Shown here: in pieces, positions 1 through 11,194 of the stretch
How positions within the stretch are numbered: position 1 is the first letter of the stretch
How the letters are laid out: each line of letters opens with the position of its first letter
Assembly: GCA_030324005.1 (NCBI GenBank)
Contig: JARDVH010000059.1
Location: 119,839,174-119,903,173, forward strand
Origin: Negaprion brevirostris
Lineage: Eukaryota
Length of the DNA: 64,000 nt
Direction of reading: 5' to 3'
Notes under the pieces: generated by a model
Databases searched by the model: none
Told to the model about the DNA's origin: nothing
Seen by the model: only the letters and a program-made list of their open reading frames with translations
Program-made: the position numbers and the translations under genes

Positions 1-378
1 TAATGTTGGCGAGTTCACAACTGCTGCAGGCAGGGCATTCCACGCTCTTACTACTCTCTGAGTAAAGAACCTACCTCTGACATCTGTCCAATATCTATCA
101 CCCCTCAATTTAAAGCTACGTCCCCTTGTGCTAGCCATCACCATCCAAGGAAAAAGGCTCTCACTGTCCACTCTATCTGATCCTCTGGTCACCTTGTATG
201 CCTCTATTAAGTCACCTCTCAACTTTCTTCTCTCCAACAAAAACAGCCTCAAGTCCCTCAGCCTTTCCTCATAAGATCTTCCCACCGTACCAGGCAACAC
301 CCTGGTAAATCTCCTCTGCACCCTTTCCAATGCTTCCACATCCTTCCTAAAATGCAGTGACCAGAATTATATACAATT
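1..378 (-). mobile_element. CR1-clade LINE, 3' part of ORF2 (decayed, runs off window)
   Basis: Reverse complement reads as the CR1 RT C-terminal region (QFWSLH...DVEALERVQRRFTRV...LRDLRLFLLE...RGDLIE...RGRFFTQRVV). Confidence 0.9.
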
Positions 379-389
379 CTGTATAGCAT

Positions 390-550
390 AGGAATGCTTT
401 GTATGCAACAACATTGCATTCACAAACAGTGATGGTTTTGCCAGGATGGCAGGCTTCTCAATGGTACAGAGTATAATTGATACAACACATATCACTTTGT
501 GAGTACCAGGTATAAATCCTGAGGTGCGCTGTAATCACAAAGGATTCCCT
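390..550 (+). pseudogene. Harbinger/PIF (HARBI1-like) DDE transposase remnant
   Basis: Frame from 431: DGFARMAGFSMVQSIIDTTHITL*VPGINPEVRCNHKGFP, matching the Harbinger block F..IAGFP.V.GAIDCTH..I.AP......NRKGF with the first catalytic D; has an internal stop. Confidence 0.8.
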
Positions 551-620
551 CTGATGAAGACATGGTCGCCTGGTCACATTGATCACCTGGCTGATGACTT
601 CATCACAAAATCAAACAAAT

Positions 621-760
621 CATAAAATCCCGACAATGCAGAAGGAGNNNNNNNNNNNNNNNNNNNNNNNNNNNNNNNNNNNNNNNNNNNNNNNNNNNNN
701 NNNNNNNNNNNNNNNNNNNNNNNNNNNNNNNNNNNNNNNNNNNNNNNATTGAACACAGCA
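621..760 (-). mobile_element. HE1-like SINE (partial, body in N-gap)
   Basis: 'cataaaatcccgacaatgcagaaggag' is the reversed HE1 tail, and 'attgaac' follows the gap. Confidence 0.7.
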
Positions 761-1467
761 CCAATTCCCCATTCATTAATATTCTCATTCCTATCTTCCC
801 CTGATTACTGAAGTACACCAAATCCTCTGAGAAAAATGCAGAAAAAAAAGACACGACAACACTCACATTCCAAACCAACTTGATCAAACAAACCATCCAA
901 AGAGTTTCATACAAAAGCCAACTAAGCACACTTATGCATTCCTTTCATGCGTGTCTTATTGGTGCCTTTGCCTGTCTAATGCCCTTGTAGAGTATTAATG
1001 AGTAGCTGCACCATTGCTAGTGGAAGGCTGTTGACTTTCAGTGGAGGAGACTGCAGATAACCTAGTAAGATGCCTATGAAGAGCTTTGAAATTAAAAGAT
1101 CCCCCTTTGAACTGCACCACCTTCTTGCGAGTGGCAGCAACCTGGGTTGGCCGAAAAAGGCATTGAACAAGCGGCAGTGGTGATGAATTTTGTTACCCTG
1201 AGAGAGGACAACAGATTTGTCCTTTACTGAACCCCAGCACAGCACTCCAGTAATCCTGATGATCTACTGAAACACAGATTACTGGACTGCTCTGAGAGTT
1301 TATGAGTCCCCTTGAGCACTGTTATCCACAGCCACCGATGTCAGCACTCTGCTGGCATGATAGCAAAACTGAGCCCCCTTTGCAGGATGGGGACATTGGA
1401 TGGCTTCTGCTTGTGCAGCAATGGGAACTGGGGTGTTCGCCATTGGGTACTCCAACGCAAATATTAT

Positions 1468-2010
1468 AAGAATTCTCACAACACCAGGTTAAAGTCCAAC
1501 AAGTTTATTTAATAGTAAACCTACAAGCTTTCGGAACGCTGTTCCTTTGTCAGGTGAGTGAAAAGTCCTGATCAGGGCATACAAAGGCACACACAGTTTA
1601 CAGAATACTGATTAGAATGTGAGTCTTTCCAGCTAATCTGCTATTCAAGTCTTAAAGGCGCAGACAATGTGAATGGACATAGCATTTAAGCATTGGTTCA
1701 AGAGATGTGTATTGTCTCCAGACAGGACAATAAGTGAGATGTTACAAGTTCAGGCAAGTCATGGGGGTTACAGATAATATGACATGAACCCAAGATCCCA
1801 GTTGAGGCCATCCTCTTGTGAGGAACTTGGCTATCAGTTCCTGCTCAGCGACTCTGCGCTGTCATGTGTCATGAAGGCTGCCTTGGACAACGCTTACGTG
1901 AAGATCAGAGGCTGAATGCTTGTGACCACTGAAGTGTGTGCCAACAGGAAGGGAACAGTCTCGCCTGGTATTGGTTGAGCGATGTTCATTCATCCGTTGT
2001 CGTAGCGTAC
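1468..2010 (-). mobile_element. Penelope-like element, 3' end with GIY-YIG endonuclease C-terminus
   Basis: TLRQRMNEHRSTNTRRDCSLPVGTHFSGHKHSASDLHVSVVQG..QRRVAEQ.LIAKF, followed by a terminal region with a hammerhead-like motif. Confidence 0.88.
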
Positions 2011-2234
2011 ATCCTGCACAGCCAGCAGTACAGGTTGTAGTTTGGCAATCTGAAAACAGAAAGGAGAAATAATACACTTGTGCCAAGGATAAAGGAGGGA
2101 GGTGATGGGTGCCGAGGAGAAAGGGGTGCATGCCGACTCCACCTGCAATACTCAGAAGAGATTGTGGGATATGTGCCAAGGAGGATTAGCTATAAGGGTA
2201 CTGCCATCTTTCATGCTATCAGCCCCACTGCTAG

Positions 2235-2788
2235 CTCATGGTCATTCCACTGACGTCAGGCATTGTCTCCCCCTTTAAGGTGAGGATGTGCAGTCTTGTC
2301 CGTTCCCAGCTGATTATCTCCAGCTGCTTCTGTTTATTTGTCATTTTGCCCTGCAAGAGAGAGGGAAGTATGTCGGGTCGATGATGGTGATGCAATGTGT
2401 GTGGGTAATGGGCTCGTCATGATTAAATAGCTGGCAGAGAGTGCAATCTGTGTCAATGTTTTGCTTGTTGGAGATTGTTGACTGATGAGTGAAGGGTGAG
2501 TGCATGAGGCTCGTGATTCCGTTCTAAGGAAATAGCATGTGAGGATGAATTCATTGCACTTGATAACTCTTGAGAGGTCAGTCAACTTCTCCCGGCACTG
2601 CATCCAGACACTTGAGGCTACGTTGCTTTGTGTTGGCAGTGATGCTCAGCCAATTCTGCTGTCTGAAATTTTTCCCTAGCCCTCCATGAACAAAGGAGAA
2701 TAACTCTTTACCTCCTCTCCATCTCATGCATTAAGGCCTCCAATGCTGCCTGCGTTGTATAACACGTTCTCTGCCTTGTCATTCTCAT
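2235..2788 (-). pseudogene. Harbinger-associated Myb/SANT-like DNA-binding protein gene (NAIF1-like), two decayed exons
   Basis: Exon 1 (frameshifted): MTRQR..AALEALMHEMERR*RVIL..RQQNWLSITAN..WMQCREKLTDLSRVIK. Acceptor 'ctctctcttgcag' at 2351, then exon 2 GKMTNKQKQLEIISWERTRLHILTLKGET, resembling the usual 'AHN.RE..TGGG..L..LT..EE' segment. Confidence 0.75.
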
Positions 2789-3534
2789 TGCTGTTGAGAC
2801 ATTCTAACTCAAGTGCTTTTGGCCCTGCTGCAGCGAGAATACTCCCTGTAATAGTTCAGGCGGGGCTCAAGGTTGCTACTCACCTGGGCCCTCATAAAAC
2901 CACTCAAATGTGTGCTTCATGTTGGGCTGAAAGCTACGATCATTTAAATTAGCAGGCAGCACAAAGTTGTGTGCGACCTGTGTGGGAAGCAATGCACGAG
3001 CGAATCCCCGAACACAATCAGTTGTACAGGAACAGTAAGGGACTGCGAGCGAGCAGTAAATGTGTGCCTATTTTATGTTGCCANNNNNNNNNNNNNNNNN
3101 NNNNNNNNNNNNNNNNNNNNNNNNNNNNNNNNNNNNNNNNNNNNNNNTATTTCACTGAAGCCTCCCTATTGGCTATTTTTTCCAGCACCTTTCTCTGTTT
3201 ATTCAATAACAAGCAATTATTTTGCATTACTGAACAAATAATAATGCTAGATAAGTGAAGAATCGGTATGTCCACCAAGCTGACAAACTCTGAAGGCAAC
3301 AAGAATGGGCTTAACGTCTTGCAAAAGCTCCTGATCAATACTGTGGAAGAGTGGATTGTCTAACATGTGAAAGTGGCCAAGGAAGCCAAAAATCAAGGTC
3401 GAGTTTACAGTGGAAAGAGAATCATAGGGAGTGAGGAGTCTTCCTCCTGGTTCCGCAGTGCTCCTGACGGCTGCTTCTAGTTGTGCCGAGACTTCACCCC
3501 CAGCAGTCCTCACCCACGTCCAGCATCCAAGCCC

Positions 3535-3673
3535 ACCAAGTCTTTACGGGGTTTACAGATAGTGTGACAAGAACCCAAGATCCTGTTTAAGGCTATCCTC
3601 GTGTGCGGAACTTGGCTATCAGTCTCTGCTCAGCGATTCTGCGCTGTCATGTAATGTGAAGGCCGCCTTGGAG
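3535..3673 (-). mobile_element. Penelope-like fragment (same family as 1468-2010)
   Basis: Near-identical to 1760-1890 ('aacccaagatcc...ggaacttggctatcagt...ctgcgctgtcatgt'). Confidence 0.85.
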
Positions 3674-3676
3674 AAA

Positions 3677-3968
3677 GGGGCGGCATGGTAGCACAGTGGT
3701 TAGCCCTGCTGCTTCACAGCTCAGGTCCCTGTCTGTGTGGAGTTTGCACATTCTCCTCATGTCTGTGTGGGTTTTCTCCAGGTACTCTGGTTTCCTCCCA
3801 CAGTCCAAAGATGTGCAGGTTAGGTNNNNNNNNNNNNNNNNNNNNNNNNNNNNNNNNNNNNNNNNNNNNNNNNNNNNNNNNNNNNNNNNNNNNNNNNNNN
3901 NNNNNNNNNNNNNNNNNNNNNNNNNAAGGGCCTCTTTCTGCACTGTAGGATTCAATGAGTCTATGATT
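3677..3968 (+). mobile_element. HE1 V-SINE
   Basis: tRNA-like head 'gggcggcatggtagcacagtggttagc', V-domain 'gtgtggagtttgcacattctcc...cctcccacagtccaaagatgtgc', tail 'ctgcactgtaggattcaatga'. Confidence 0.93.
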
Positions 3969-5451
3969 TACCTGAGGGCCATGACAGCCCTGAATGAATC
4001 TTCTGAAATGAGTAAGCTGCCTACGGAGCTGCAACAGGTATCTTATTCTTGCCAAAACCATTGAACCCAAGCCAGAGGCACAATTTCAGGCTGTCCTCAG
4101 GCTTCCCAAGAGGGATGCATGCTGCATTGAACATCAACAAATGATTTTGTTCTTGATTCTCTTCTGTCCTGTCCGTTGATGTGCGATGGAGTTTTTTGAT
4201 TAGTTTGTCTGTCTCAGATACAACGCACGGAATTTGGAATGTCAAGTCTTTGCATCATTCATCTCTTGGAGAGAGAATGATTTATATTGGTTTGATTCCC
4301 TGGTAGTTTATTTTTCTGCAGATATGAATCTAATCATGTGTCCTGTTCGTCATTGACAATATTTCAAATCATTTTCTGTGAATATTCGCACAAGAATTCT
4401 GTTTATACCAAGAGATAAGTCAAAATTTAAAATCGAGACTTTTATGCAATAAATGAAGAGAGTGAGGGGTTAAGATGAGAATCAATCTTTTAATTTCAAA
4501 AGAATTTGTTTGTCCACTGTGCCCAAAGCAGATTTGATATATTTCACCAAGTAACAAATTTAGTATCAGACTAATAATGTCAATCACAAGCCTTTATTTT
4601 TAATTGTGAGCGTAAATGTGGTGCACAAGGTCTGACGGGAATAACAGACTCCCAGCATCATTCTGACCTGAAGCCACATCTGGAATAGAAACTCTTGTCG
4701 AAATGACATGAAGGCTGGAAAGAGGGGAAGGTTTGTCTTGTCGTGAGGAGGCCCTGGCATGACCCCAAGTGGAGGTAAATCAGCATTAAAGGTGGGGGTG
4801 GGGGGAGTGATTGAGAAGGAGTCAATGAGCTCTGTGAATCTCATGTACCAGGAAGGTGTTCTGGGTAGATGGAAGGGAGCCCAACTCAGGAAGGTTCAAT
4901 GTTTCCTTGGGGCACAAGGAGAGACGCAGGGAAACCATAAATAAAAGTTAAGGGCACAAAACTGATTCTTTTCTGGAATTGAATTTCCATTTGCACCGAC
5001 ACGGATGCCACTGCGTGCGTCACCAGCTCCCTGACCTTTGAGTATTTCTAAGGCCCAGTTGTAGCAAGGGTATGCACGCTACCCAGAATTCAAATATTGA
5101 TCATTGGGATTGCAGCACCAACAGGGATGACCTGTTTATTGTTTAATGTCATACATGTAGCTCACCCCTACCGTTCCCCACCCAAAGGAATTCTCATCCT
5201 TCAGTAACATCAGAGAGCATGATGGACTGCTTGACTGGTTGTGCAAAAGCTATTTGTCACAAGGTCACACAAAAATGCTGAGACTTCAGAGCAAAATCAG
5301 TCATTTCAGAGAGCTGAGACCAGAAATCAAATAGGTGTCAAAGCCAGACGTTGCAACACCCTAGACAGTGTTCAGAACGAGCCCCGTCAACAAACCCATG
5401 GACCCTGGTAGAATGTTATTAAATCACTGCCACTCAAGTGAATCGGACAAA

Positions 5452-5730
5452 ACAAGGACAACTGCATTTATGTCATGCCTTTAACATTGCAAGATACCCC
5501 AGTGTGCTTCACGAAAGCATTTTCAAACAAGATTTGACACTGAACCATATAAAGCATATTTGGACAGATGTTCAAAGTTTGGTCAAAAAGCCAGATTTTA
5601 GTGAGCATCTTAAAGGAGAGGTGGAAACATGCAGAGAGTGCGTTCCAGAGCTTCGGGCCTCGGCAGCTGAATGTATAACTGTCAGTGGTAGAGTGATTAA
5701 AATTTGCACAAGGCCGGAATTAGAAGAGCA
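5452..5730 (-). mobile_element. L2-type LINE 3' end fragment
   Basis: 'gcatttatgtcatgcctttaacattgcaagataccccagtgtgcttcac' is the reverse of the L2 tail 'gtgaagcgccttgggacgttt...aaaggcgctatataaatgc'. Confidence 0.65.
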
Positions 5731-7270
5731 ACACCGATTACAGAAGACTTAATCTGTTCCTTCTCACCACCACGATGAGTGGATGAAGTGACGAGCACAG
5801 ATGCATTTTAGGGGAAGCGAGACAATCTTATGAGGAAAATGGGAATAAACGGCTACAATGATACATGCAGATGAGAAAAAAGTGGAGAGAAGCTGAAGTG
5901 AAGCATNNNNNNNNNNNNNNNNNNNNNNNNNNNNNNNNNNNNNNNGGGATTATGAAGAAGAGGAGACACAGGACACATCAACACAATCTCAGAAGTAAGG
6001 AATGGAACACAATATCTTCAGACTGGCCCTGCCAAGACTGAGGATTTGATTCATCTCAGGTCCTGAGCGCCACTTTCCAAGTTAACATTACTTTTTATCA
6101 CTCCTTGTATAACCAGTGTTGGCTTTGTTATGAAATTTTATCATGAAATGATGAAGAACTGTACATTTATCTCAGTCTGTGTAATTGATGGCCCCTATTG
6201 GGTTGAAATTATAAGGATAGAAGTAATCTCTTACTTTAATCCCCACACATTCCCGTTCACATCAATTGGTGGTGCCATTGTCTCTTAATCGTGGAACATG
6301 TTTCTAGATACTTAATTGTGTTATTTGCATTCACTCATTAATAATGTGGATGCTTCAACAGTCAAACCAAGGGGCAGTCTGTTGTACCTGGAACCACGGA
6401 AGCACCAGAATGCAGTCCTGACAAATACAATTGGCAGGACACACAAAAACATATTCAGTCTGCGAACTATGTGCAACGTGCGTGTCTATTAACGTCACTT
6501 TACAGTGACTATAATCTGACAAAGTATTGTGAAATTTGTGCAAGCTCACTCTAAGTCCATTAGCATAGTGACCCCCATTACAGTGCAAAACCTTTCAGAG
6601 ACTGCATTATACTGATTGGGAGATTGATTTCACATCATGCAGGCACATTGCAAATTCAAACAGCTTGCTCCGTGTTCTCAGAACCATCGCTGATCAAAGA
6701 TTAGTACTTAACATCCAGACAATTGGAATACAAAATGTATATATCGAACTGTATTAAACTAGCTGGACTCGAGTTTCATCTTCGTGAAGCGAAACCCCTA
6801 GAATAATATAAATTATTCAGCGGAGACTAGTTTCATCCACGAAAAACCAATATTTGCATCAATTGTGATTTTTTTTTTAAAAAAAAGCCAATTCAGTCGT
6901 GCAGTCCCCCTTCTTGAACTGTTATACAGCTTCCTAAGCCTTATGAGCTGAAAGCACATGCTCCTTAAGGAGCTGGCAGGGTGCTGCTCACCAAATAGGA
7001 AAAAGGTCAAATAATCAGCCAGATTTCTCCCAGTGCAAAGCAATTATGCAATGGGTCTACTATTATCAAAAAATGTGGCCCACTGATTTCCATGATTTCC
7101 TCTTTCAAATCCCCACCATGCTCTGGATCCAAACCCATCCACTGCATCCATCCTACCCAACTGCCCCCACTTTCCACACTTGTCTGAGGACCACTGCAAT
7201 GTCAGTAATGGTCTAATCTTCAATCAGATCTTGCCATTTCACTGCCTGCTACTCTTCACCAGTCATGGAC

Positions 7271-7578
7271 TCATAGAATCCATACAGTGCAAAAGGAGAC
7301 CATTTGGCCCATCGAGCGTGCACAGATCACAATCCCACGAGGTCTCATTTCTGTAACCCTGCATATTTATCCTTCTAATTTCCTGATGCCAAGGGTCAAT
7401 TTAGCACAGCCAATCAACCTAACCTGCACATCTTTGGACCATGGGAGGAAACCAGAGCACCCAGTGAAAACCCACGGGATACGGGGAGAATGTCTGTATG
7501 GAGTTTGCACAGTCAGCTGAGGCCAGAATTGAACCTGGGTCCTTGGCGCTGTGAGGCAGCAGTGCTAGCCACTGTGCC
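7271..7578 (-). mobile_element. HE1 V-SINE
   Basis: Full reversed head, V-domain and tail ('catagaatccatacagtgca...gctgtgaggcagcagtgctagccactgtgcc'). Confidence 0.92.
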
Positions 7579-7859
7579 GAGGGAGTGGGAACCGCTGTCA
7601 CTCTGCATAGGGATCGGTCCAGCAATCCAGGTGGTAACTTGTTTCAGTTGATGTCTGTGACCTCTGAAAGGTATCACCATTCAGATGATTCCTGGCTCCT
7701 AAATCTCGAAAATGGAAGCACCTCAATATTATGATGGACAGAACTCCCCTCAAAAAATTTGAAGTGCTGAGTTCACATAAAAACAAAGTAACTCCAATTG
7801 GTTTTTTGAGCAGAATTTTCAAAGTGAATCTCGACACTACAGAGTGCTTCAGGGAGATT

Positions 7860-8570
7860 TATGCTGTAAATCTGGGGGTGGGTCCTATTCCCACTGGAAA
7901 ACTGGACACTGTGCAGGCATTGATTGTCAGAATGGAAATCGGTGTATGCACNNNNNNNNNNNNNNNNNNNNNNNNNNNNNNNNNNNNNNNNNNNNNNNNN
8001 NNNNNNNNNNNNNNNNNNNNNNNNNNNNNNNNNNNNNNNNNNNNNNNNNNNNNNNNNNNNNNNNNNNNNNNNNNNNNNNNNNNNNNNNNNNNNNNNNNNN
8101 NNNNNNGCTTGCAGAGCGCCCATCCTCCCATCATTGTCCTCCCGGATGTCTCCGCGCCAACCCCAGCCCCAACGTCACCCTGCCCCAGCCTGCGACACTG
8201 TCCCCCCCCCCCCACTCCCCCAACCTGGATTGCCAGCCCAATCCATATGCAGAGTGGCAGCAGGCCCCACCTCCTCTGGTCCCACCACCTTGGCACTGCC
8301 TGATGCCCAGTGCCATGTGTCAAGGTGCCCCTTGGGCATTGCTGCTTTACCCCTTGGGAATGTTTCAGAGGGCCAGGCTGGCAGTGCCCAGGGTACATCC
8401 CAAGTAAAACCCCAACCTCCTGGGGTGGGGAGGCCTCCATTGCCTCCCTTCACTCCAGTGAGGTCAGGCCATGAGGTCCCCATTCGTGCGGAGCTGTTGT
8501 AAACTGGGGAGGGGAGGGAACGACAAGTGGGCCCAGGGACTTCTGTCCCAGGCTCACTAACCGGATTCAA
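7860..8570. mobile_element. GC-rich non-autonomous DNA element (Harbinger-like family)
   Basis: Shares 'gagtggcagc...ggcactgcc...' blocks in reverse with the TIR/TSD-bounded element at 31434-32458. Confidence 0.55.
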
Positions 8571-8577
8571 ATACCCT

Positions 8578-9186
8578 TGATTTGATTTATTATTGTTGCA
8601 TGTATTGGTAGAGAGTGAAAAGTATTGTTTCTTGCACACAATACAGACAAAGCATACCGTACATAGAGAAGGAAGGAAGAGTGCAGAATGTAGTGTCACT
8701 GGGCTGTAGAGAAAGATCAACATATTACCAGATAGGTCCATTCAGAAGTCTGATGGCAGCAGGGAAGAAGCTATTCTTGAGTCTTTTGGTACGTGACCTC
8801 AGAAGATGGGAGAGAGTATGTCCGGGGTGTTTGGGGTCCTTGATCAAACTGGCTGCTTTTCCAAGGCAGCGGCAAGTGTAGACAGAGTCACTGGATGGGA
8901 GGCTGGTTTGAGAGATGGACTGCACTTTGTTCACAAGCCTTTGTAGTTTCTTGCAGTCTTGGACAGAGCAGGAGCCATCCCAAGCTGTGATATATACAAA
9001 AAGAATGCTTTCTATGTTGCATTTGTAAAAGTTGGTGAGAGTCGACAGAGACATGCCAAATTTCCTTTGTCTCCTGAAAAGGCAGAGGCGTTGGTGGGGC
9101 TTTCTTAACTATAGTGTCAGCATGGGGGGACCAGGGCAGGTTGTTGGTGATCTGGACACCAAGAAACTTGAAGCTTTTGACCATTT
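8578..9186 (-). mobile_element. Rex1/Babar LINE 3' end
   Basis: VKSFKFLGVQITNNLPWSPHADTIVKKA..; TLTNFYKCNIESIL..ITAWDGSCSVQDCKKLQR..IKDPKHPGH..RLKNSFFPAAIRLLN; tail 'aataataaatcaaatcaa'. Confidence 0.9.
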
Positions 9187-9664
9187 ATGCTTTGTCGCTC
9201 ATTATATATTCATTATGATAATTAAATTCGCTCCCCGTCAATTTCCAATACGGAGTTGATGATGTCGGAAGTCCGGCTCTGGAGAAACATGGAGGCCATG
9301 TACCCAGCAGGGATGCCTCCCCAGAACAGTGGAGTGGGCTGGGAGACTTGCTCCCAAAGTTTTGAAGTATATTTTTCACATCAAAAATATATATTGATGC
9401 AAGTTTTCTTCATAGGTTCAATTTTTGCTCTGATATAACAATTCAACTTCTTCCATAATATAGTCAATGCATAACTAATTCATCCTCAAGATTTCATACT
9501 CTTTAGCACTTGGTGTTAATGTTTGGCAGTGTGGCAGCCAGCACCAAATTGATGAATATTTTATACAGAATCAGGAACTGAATAAATTGTGTTCCTGTCT
9601 ATTCCACACAGGACCTGGTCTAAAATTCAATCAAGTCCCAGTTGAGTTGATTTCAGAAAAAAAA

Positions 9665-9876
9665 CTGAGAGATTTTCCAGCCATGCATGTTGGTGGGATT
9701 TTCCAGCACCGCAGATGGTGAGCCACCACCGTGGGTTTCTCGGCAGTGAGGAGTTCATGCAACATGAAACTCGGTTGACAATGGTGGGACCAGAAGGTAT
9801 CACCACCGCCCAAAACTGGGGCGTCTCGCATCGCAACGAAACACGCAACAGGTTGCCCAGTAATTCCTGCCCCCGC
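9665..9876. mobile_element. Short non-autonomous TIR element (MITE-like)
   Basis: Starts 'gagagattttccagcc', ends 'taattcctgcccc', and has the same architecture as 27295-27473 and 42612-42737. Confidence 0.5.
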
Positions 9877-10483
9877 TAAGCTTGTTCGTGGGTGTAACAA
9901 AATCAAGTGAAATGGGTTTGGAGGATCTTGATCCAGCTCTTGTATTTTATTATTCTCAACGTTACTGCTGAAACTCAAAACACCAATTTTGACAATGCAT
10001 AGAATTAGGTGATACCTACAACAGGCCACTTGAGCAAACTGGTTTATTGTGATGATTAAAGTTCTTCCAGTCAAATTCTTCCTTCCCATCCTATACCATA
10101 CCCATGAAACCAGCTGGCAAATCTTTTAATGTTATTTACTTTAACCATAAAATGTCCTAGCAAGTTCCACATTTTCACCGTTACCTGTATAAAGACATTT
10201 CTCCAAAATTATTTTGTTTGATTTGAGAACGGCTATTGACAATGATGCACCTTTGTTCCTGGGCTCATTCACAAATGGAAACAGCTTATTCACAATTATT
10301 GAACCCCTTCATCATGTTGAATCCAGTTGCATTATCTCTTCTCCAGAGAAAATCTTAATCTTCCAAGATGGTTGTAGTCTCTCAGTATGAGTCCTTTTCT
10401 CCAGTGCTTCAGTATCCATTTTGTTTGGGATGGAGATCAGATTTGAGCATCTCACTCGACATGCACCCTGAATCTATGTTTAA

Positions 10484-10803
10484 CATAAATCATAGATTTC
10501 CCGACAGTGCAGGAGACCATTCGGCCCATCGAGTCTGCACCGACAACAACCCCACTTAGGCCTTAGCCCCATAACCCCACATATTTACCCACTAATGCCT
10601 CTAACCTACGCACTCAGGGGCAATTTAGTATAGCCAATGCACCTTACCCCCACATCTTTAGACTGTAGGAGGAAACCGGAGAACTCAGAGGAAGGACATG
10701 GGGAGAAAATGCAAACTCCACACAGTGACCCAAACCAGGAATTGAACGCAGCTCCCTGGGGCTGCGAGACAGCAGCGCTAACCACTGTGCCATTATGTTG
10801 CCC
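10484..10803 (-). mobile_element. HE1 V-SINE
   Basis: Reversed tail, V-domain and head are all present. Confidence 0.92.
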
Positions 10804-10925
10804 AATGTTCCATCACCATTATGTTTTTGTGTTCTATTCATCTTGAAAGATGAGCTCTATTTGTTTTTTACAGACTGAGAGCGTACTGCACTGTCAGAGA
10901 AGTTGTCTTTCAATTGAAATATTTC

Positions 10926-11058
10926 GGCCTGAATTCTCCGACCCTGTCCACGACTGGGATTCTCCAGTCCCACTGCAGTGGTAGGATTAGCTGAGTGCCA
11001 AATTCTCCATTCTCACTTGTAGCAGTGGCGAGGAGTACAAAATCAGTGAATTCTAGCT
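10926..11058. mobile_element. MITE-like element
   Basis: Imperfect TIRs 'ggcctgaattctc' / 'gtgaattctagct'. Confidence 0.55.
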
Positions 11059-11069
11059 TTTAACTGAGA

Positions 11070-11194
11070 CTCCATCTACTCTTTCAGAGGATACTCTTTC
11101 ATGTTTTTGATAAGCGTGGGGATTAAGGGTTATGGGGAGAGGGCGGGAATGTGGAACTGAGCCATGACAGATCAGCCATGATCTTATTGAATGG
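11070..11194 (+). mobile_element. CR1 3' tail fragment
   Basis: 'ggattaagggttatgggga...gatcagccatgatcttattgaatgg'. Confidence 0.8.

Larger units (their letters stand above)
380..3068. mobile_element. Decayed autonomous-type Harbinger DNA transposon (convergent transposase and Myb genes) with nested SINE and Penelope insertions
   Basis: Transposase on + and Myb gene on -, a putative right terminus 'gtaaatgtgtgcc' ending at 3068, and CR1 abutting on the left. Confidence 0.65.

Noticed and set aside
3677-3730. tRNA-like A-box sequences at SINE heads
   Set aside because: These are SINE heads, not tRNA genes; no cloverleaf forms.
6772-6850. Small hairpin 'gtttcatcttcgtgaagcgaaac' with a repeated 'agtttcatc'
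   Set aside because: The stem is short with a 2-nt loop, there are only two partial copies, and it matches no known RNA family.
7731-8741. Several overlapping ORFs of 180-190 aa
   Set aside because: They span N-gaps and GC-rich non-autonomous element sequence, are open on both strands, and show no protein motifs.
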